From positions 2,468,987 to 2,514,465 of the forward strand of contig KV454011.1 in NCBI GenBank assembly GCA_001661245.1: DNA of 45,479 nucleotides. Direction: 5' to 3'. This document shows, one piece after another, positions 39,133-45,479 of this stretch. The first letter of the stretch is position 1. Every line of letters begins with the position of its first letter. The position numbers and the translations under genes were made by a program. Source of the stretch: Pachysolen tannophilus NRRL Y-2460. Lineage: Eukaryota. The notes under the pieces were generated by a model, which was not told the origin of the DNA, made no database searches, and saw nothing but the letters and a program-made list of their open reading frames with translations.

Positions 39133-39350
39133 TTTGGATAGGTGTAAGTTTTTTAAAAGATAGTTTTTTTTTTCTAGACTAAAGTAAAGAATTAACAAAA
39201 TAAAAGAATTAAAAGAGAGTAATTCATCATCTATTTATACATGAGAAATTCAAAGAATGTATGCTTTGATCTTAACCAATTAATTCCTGGACGTATTAAT
39301 TTGGTTCTTCTTCTGGCTGTACGTCTTTCTTAATTTAGAAAAAGTAACCA

Positions 39351-39366
39351 GATAAGAAATGATAAG
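39351..39366. promoter_or_regulatory. Tandem GATAAG (UAS-NTR-like) upstream of the cupin gene
   Basis: GATAAGAAATGATAAG: two sites 10 bp apart, about 220 bp upstream of the ATG. Confidence 0.55.
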
Positions 39367-40171
39367 AAAAAGCAAGATCTTACACCTTACAATTTAAGCA
39401 AAAAGAAACCATACTCAACTTTTCATTTTTTTTTTTTCTTTTAAAAAAATCCAATTTGTCTTTAAGCCAAACAGTAAACTTATCATAATCTATGATTGTA
39501 AGATATACCTATAGAATATAACATTAGAAAATTCATGTTATACCATTGGATTTACTGAATTGACTTTACTCCACATACTTTAGAATTCAGTAATAAAATG
39601 ATTATCACTAATAATTATTAATAATTACCACACGACTTTATTTTATTTTAATGACTTTTTTTTTAAATGAAAAGAAGTTTTTTTTAGTTTGATTAGTTGT
39701 TAAGTAAATATCATTAAGTTTTGGGAAACCGGTAGAGCAAGATTGAGAAACTAAAAGTTTTTCTATTTCTCTAAATTCTTGACACTTAAAAACTTTGGAA
39801 AAAAACTTTGAATCATCATTCCCGAAGACCCTATAATTGCTATTCTTCGCCCTACTCAAGTGGGAAATGCTTGCTTTATCTTAATAGTGCGCAGCTAAAT
39901 CTAATGTATAGTTCTTTGCTCTTTGAAATTGGAATTTATGTCAATCTCTTGATGCGTCTTATCTCTCTGTTACCGTTTTAACACAAACACGCAATATGAG
40001 CAAAAAAAAAAATCATGATCTTTTATTCTTTACCAAGTGGTTGATAGTAGCTAATAAGAAGATAAAAGTATAATAATTAACATAATCAACTTTCAAAAGA
40101 AAAAATTTTAAGGGTAATTGGTTTTGGTTTTTTTAAAAAAAAAAGTTTCCATTAGATATAAAATTTAGAAG

Positions 40172-41969
40172 ATGACTATTGAAACTTTAAGTAATAGAGA
40201 AGATATAGAGTGAGTAGTAGTTATTATTTAATTTATGATGACTTTATAATAAAATTTTTAAAAGATTTTTTTTTACTAACAATTGTTTAGAACCATTAAA
40301 AATAAATCAACCTTTAATAATAAGAAAGAGACATTTATAAAACCTTCATCAAAATTTTCAAATGTTAAAATCACAATAAAGTAAGTAAATTGGGTCTTAA
40401 TCATAGATTAGATGAAAATGATAAGTACTGGAACTATCTGTGACTAACTAACTAACTAACTAATTTTTTTATTTTTTTTTTTTTTCAAGTCATTGGCAAT
40501 TGAGAGATTTGGTTCAAACATCTTCGATTGACCCATCTACAATTTTTTTCACTTGTAAAGATCAGATAAGAAGTTTTTGTTTTACAAATAATAAGATTTC
40601 AAATTTTTGTAAGTTGGATTTTCAGCCAAGATGTTTTAACGAATTGGATGGTATTATCATATCAGGAGGTGTATCCACAGATCATTATAGTATTGCAAGT
40701 GGTGTTAATAATAATAATGGCAATGGAAATAATAATAGTAATAATAATCAGAGTTATTTGAATTCGAATATAAGGCATTATAAAGGATTGTTAAATATAT
40801 ATAATAGAGATTTGAATCTGAAAGTTACACTTAATGTTGGTTCACTAATAAATAACAGTGTTTCATTATATAAAGAATCCAATAATCAATATCATAGTAT
40901 TATTTGTAATAATGACTATTCTATATATTGGTGTGATATCAGTGATAATGGTAAGTTGGACATAAAAAATCAACTGAATTTGGGATTTGCCGTCAATCAT
41001 GCTTCGTTATCACCAGATAAAAAGACAATTGTTGCGTGTGGAGATTCAAATAGAATAGTTTTGTTACATGATGATAGTTTACATTCTTCGAATCCAGATT
41101 TCAAATTACCATCTCATAAGAAAGTTTCTTTGAAGACTACTAATGAAAGTGGATTTTCTACCTCATTTGATTCTCAAGGTAAACAATTTTGTTGTTCTTT
41201 TCAAGATGGGGTTTCTCTAATTTATGACATTAGAAACTATAAAAAACCTATTCATACTATTTTTTCAACTAGACCAAAATCGCAATATGGTGCATTCCGG
41301 TGCTGTAAATTTAGTGGTGGTACAGATGACTTATTGATAATTAGTGAACACACAGGTAGAGTTCATTTAATTGATACAAGAGATTATGAAAAACATCAAG
41401 TGATATTGTTACCAAAAGTAATATATAAACGAAACTCGAATCATAATTATTATCAAGAACCAATAGTGAGAGAATACCAAGATGTATTGACAGATTTTAA
41501 CGGTACGATCGATACCGGAACTGATCACCAAAATGTCAATAGCAGTTACTTGTATTTGTCTAATGGTATCACATCTGATTTTGTTTCTGAGAATCAAAAC
41601 GATGGAAATAATGCATTTGACTCGTTTGAGAATTTCTATGATGATAGACAATCTGGTGGTAATTTGGAAAATGAAAATTGGACGGATTTGGATGAAGAAG
41701 TGTTGACAGGTTCAACAGATGGATCTGATAATATTGGATTTGCAACTAGTCAGTATCAAGATAGCAGAATCTATTCGACGGTAAGAGCCAATGATAGGGA
41801 TTCTAATAGATTATTCGAAGATTCTTCGGTTGATATTAATGGTATAGATTGGCATTATGATGAGGTTACGGGAAAATCGCATTTGTTGGTTGGTTGTGAT
41901 AAAGGTTTGTTTAGGTGGGAGATTGATTCTTGGAACAGAAGATGTTTTCCTAGTTATGAATTATGTTAA
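40172..41969 (+). CDS. GID11: WD40/DUF2415 protein, Gid11 (YLR149C)-like; join(40172..40209,40291..40380,40490..41969), about 535 aa
   Basis: Splicing gives MTIETLSNREDIE..KITINHWQLRDL. Also has NHASLSPD, GFSTSF, GAFRCCKFS, SEHTGRVHLID and C-terminal RRCFPSYELC. Confidence 0.82.
40210..40290 (+). other. GID11 intron 1 (81 nt, phase 2)
   Basis: GTGAGT...TACTAAC(40274)...TAG. Confidence 0.85.
40381..40489 (+). other. GID11 intron 2 (109 nt, phase 2)
   Basis: GTAAGT...GA(CTAA)5...poly-T...AAG; removal restores the conserved INHWQLRD. Confidence 0.88.
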
Positions 41970-42596
41970 AATGAAACTTTACGAATTTGCTTGATGCTTT
42001 CTTTTTTTATATTGGTTGTTCTGCTACTAATAATATCTATTTTGTAGTGATCGTGATAGTGATTTAAGCGTCCTACTATATATAGCATATACAAAAAAAA
42101 AAAAAAAAAAAATTAAAAATATTTCTCTTTGAAATAAGACGTAGATCACGTCTACGCTTTTGAGCTAGATAAATATTCTAGAAATCACATTTCTTGGAAG
42201 CGCTGTTTAGTTACAAGATCTTTCTCAAAGACATACGCTTCCACTTAGATGGTAGATAATATTTACCGTTACATGGATAATTTTTCATTTACGAGACTTT
42301 TTTTGATTCCTGAGTTTGTCCAGAATTTTTTATTACAAACCAATATCGTTGAGAATTCACAGAAATAAGCTCTATGGAAATATTTTAAAAAAATTATTTT
42401 ATCAAATTCTGTTTTTCCTCAATTTTCTTATCGTTACAGACTTTGAGTATAGCTAAGTAATTGATTCGACATAAAAATAACCATAAATTCTTTCCTATAT
42501 ATTCCACTAAGTATGTACTCTCATTACTTTGTTAGAAAAAAAAATTATAAAGAACTCATATAAAAATATGAATTTAATATTATTAGTGAACTTAAT

Positions 42597-43502
42597 TCAA
42601 CTGCTCCACAGTTTTTTGGCTTCAGGAATTATTTTTTTCCATTCAAAAATACCGGGGTTTACGAGTTTCATGTCTTTTCCTTTGCTGTAATCAACATACA
42701 TTCTTTTAGGGCTTACCATTGTAGCCGTAATTACATTCAAAAAATCAAACATATCGGATTTTTGCTTCTTATCTGCTTGGGCAGCAATTTGCAATTGAGT
42801 ATCAATGGACCTTTCCTCTATGTCAAGCTTAACGCCCTTCACCTCCTCGTATATTTTGAACAACTCATTTTGTGTGTAAACATCACTTTGGACGCAGACC
42901 TTTTCAGGTAGTTTCTCAGGTGAATGATGAGCTAACGAGGCCAATGACTTAGCAATATCTGAAATGAATGTCACAGGAATTTTAGTATTACCGTCACCGA
43001 CTCTTACAGCTTTATTAGGCTCATTGCTCAAAAATAACACTGCGAGTTTTGAAATAACCCAATCAGCGAACCAGCCAACTTTTAAATTTAAGCATTTCAA
43101 GCGATCGTCATGGTAAAAGTCTTTGAAAGCAAGTAAGCCAGAATAATCTTTCTTCTCAGGACCATAATCAGGGCTATAAACTGAAGGGAAGAAAAGCTTA
43201 ACATGAGCTTCAATAGCAGCATCCAATAAAATTTGTGTATTTTTATGAGACCCAAGATCTATTACAACATCAACACCATTGAACGCAGCAACTAACGATG
43301 AAGCATCATTGTAGTCCACTTTGTGATATGATACTTCAGAATCAGAAAATTCTTCGAATTTGTTATTCTTAGTTGTAACTGCACGAATAGGAAAATGATA
43401 ATAGTTCTTGAACTCGGGTGAAGTCAAAGCGGACAATGTTGGTTTACCCAATTCACCGTTGAGACCTACAACGGCGACCACTTTTTTACCTGAAGAACTC
43501 AT
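42597..43502 (-). CDS. NmrA/isoflavone-reductase-like NAD(P)-binding oxidoreductase
   Basis: VAVVGLNGELGK Rossmann motif, VDY..SLVAAFNGVDVVI, VKLFFPS, GWFAD and GDGNTKI..ISDIAK. Confidence 0.88.
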   Translation of the reverse strand: MSSSGKKVVAVVGLNGELGKPTLSALTSPEFKNYYHFPIRAVTTKNNKFEEFSDSEVSYHKVDYNDASSLVAAFNGVDVVIDLGSHKNTQILLDAAIEAHVKLFFPSVYSPDYGPEKKDYSGLLAFKDFYHDDRLKCLNLKVGWFADWVISKLAVLFLSNEPNKAVRVGDGNTKIPVTFISDIAKSLASLAHHSPEKLPEKVCVQSDVYTQNELFKIYEEVKGVKLDIEERSIDTQLQIAAQADKKQKSDMFDFLNVITATMVSPKRMYVDYSKGKDMKLVNPGIFEWKKIIPEAKKLWSS

Positions 43503-45320
43503 GGTTACTGATGGATTGATAATTGGTTGAAATATTGTCTATAGTTTTAAGTTTACCTTCTGAATTTTTGAATGGAAATTGAAATATGAAATTATACTAT
43601 CTTATATATACTTATCAGGAAATATTAAGCAATTAGGATTCTAATGGACATTGTATAATTGCTGTAACAACCAAACTAAATGCCGTTAATTGCGGAGAGA
43701 TATTGGTGGAAACAATGGAAATAACCAAAGTCAGTTACGGCCGAAAAGAACATCAGATTTATTCAACAATTAATTAACGAGAAAACAAGAAATAACTTTG
43801 AGTTTTTAGTCAAATTGCATACGATATGTATTGAGCAGTAGACTCTTGTTATATAAGTATAGTTTTTGTAGTTTAAAACAGTATTAGAGAAGATCAATCC
43901 TATAATGATGAGGTAGTATTGCAGTTTGTACACGTCAAATGTAAATCTAACATCTTCGATTTATTGATGATTTAAATTTGTAGATAGAAGCATACGTCTG
44001 GAACTAAAGTGAAATGAATTTGATAAAACACAATTTAACTATGAATCATTTAGGTTTTATCGATGATATGGACCGATATTGATGCATAAATTCAGAGTGC
44101 ACTGAAAAAACCGTTGATAATGCATGAAGTATGCAATGGTTCTTAGCTCTGACAATTAGATTTCACTAGGTTTCCCAATTTAAATGAAAGGATGATAGAC
44201 CTAAGAATATCAAGAAATATTTAGTTAGAGCAATAACCAAAATCTTCTACAAAAATAAAAACATAGAGGTTTCAAAAAGGCGGTTTACTATATTACAAAG
44301 AATGATGAAAACAGGGTTTAAAGTTTAAAAGCAAATAGTTTTGTTCTAGATGATAGATGACAAAAGATTGAGAGCGGTTAGAAAAAAAAACATACAAGAA
44401 ATCATCTTTCATCTTAAAGTCTATAATTTAGCAGCAATGGATATATTCAATGAGAACATGAAAATGTATTTATCGAGGTGTTAAACATTCCGTTTAAAAA
44501 ACACGGAATACAAACAGATTGTGTATATAAGTAATACTTAAACAAAAAAAACATAACAAGGCTCGAACTTGAAATTACATACTAATAATTCAAATTAACT
44601 ACGTAAGGAAATGAGGAATAAACTATCTTTTAATGAAAAAGTGAATATTTGATGTAGAGTGGAGAGTAAAAAATGGTGTAAGTGGTGTGAGGTGTAAACA
44701 ATATGTGAAGTGAAAAGCTCACTTTTCTTTAATAGTGGAAAAGGTATATATAAGCACTGAGTCTGATTTATCTAAAAATATCTAACAAAAGTGTGGAATA
44801 TTATCTACTTTTGTAGACAGAAATCAGACAACATCAGCAAAATAACCGATATCGTGGTGCGTTTGCTGTAGTTTGAAACGGATACCTTTTCTTCATTATT
44901 AGTCGTCGTTAAGTAATCATCAGCTCTTACTGCTTTATCTTGCATGTAGATCAATGTAGTGTACATCATAGAAATAAAGACAATTAATACTAGTTAAATG
45001 AAGATTATAGAATTAATTAATAAATAAGATATTGAGTCTAAGTTGATAAATAAAGATGAGTAATATTGGTTCTAAGCTTAAGAGAAGGAAAAGGAAAATT
45101 GAACATTTAAATGAGGAATGTGCTTTAGATAAGGCGACTATTTCGGATGATCGAAATTCCAGAGGCGTTATTGACGCAAGAAAAATAATCATTGATTAAG
45201 ACTTTAGAGAGTTATTTAAGTTAGAAGAGAATCAAAAGTTGATATTATAAATTATCAAGCAAAAATTGGGGGAAATTAACAAAACGTTAATTTGAAACTA
45301 TGTTTGGAATAATAGAAGAA

Positions 45321-45479
45321 GTGGTGAGAGTGGTGTGAGTGGTGAGAGTGGTGAGAGTGGTGAGAGTGGTGAGAGTGGTGTGAGTGGTGTGAGTGGTGTG
45401 AGTGGTGTGAGTGGTGTGAGTGGTGAGAGTGGTGTGAGTGGTGTGAGTGGTGTGAGTGGTGTGAGTGGTGTGAGTGGTG
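45321..45479 (+). repeat. Telomeric repeat array, 9-bp GTGGTG(T/A)GA, 17 full units plus a partial
   Basis: TG-rich strand runs 5'->3' to the sequence end; 11 GTGGTGTGA units and 6 GTGGTGAGA units. Confidence 0.88.

Noticed and set aside
45321..45479. CRISPR array or coding repeat
   Set aside because: Eukaryotic context, no spacers, and terminal TG-rich orientation fit a telomere.

Overview
AT-rich budding-yeast (Saccharomycotina) chromosome arm that ends in telomeric repeats at the right edge of the window. It contains about 18 protein genes: DPH5 (partial), Grx6/7-type glutaredoxin, ADE6, NOC2, a Fus3/Cek2-like MAPK, ERG27, a 91-aa orphan ORF, ACS2, IDP2, NDL1, MCP2/CQD2, HAP1, GAT1, two Mrr1/Cta4-like Zn2Cys6 factors, an EutQ-like cupin, GID11 and an NmrA-like oxidoreductase. 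There is also a tRNA-Gly(GCC), four spliceosomal introns missed by the ORF track, and a 468-N gap. Main observations: (1) CTG codons fall at alanine-conserved positions, so the organism probably uses the CUG-Ala code (Pachysolen/Nakazawaea/Peterozyma clade) and the supplied translations are wrong at those sites. (2) The telomere is a 9-bp repeat without GGG, in two variants (GTGGTGTGA/GTGGTGAGA) with a positional gradient. (3) Four transcription-factor genes lie consecutively, including a Hap1 with a 6+1 heme-regulatory-motif layout beside NDL1-MCP2. (4) GID11 has unusual splice signals. Homolog comparisons are from memory; no searches were run.
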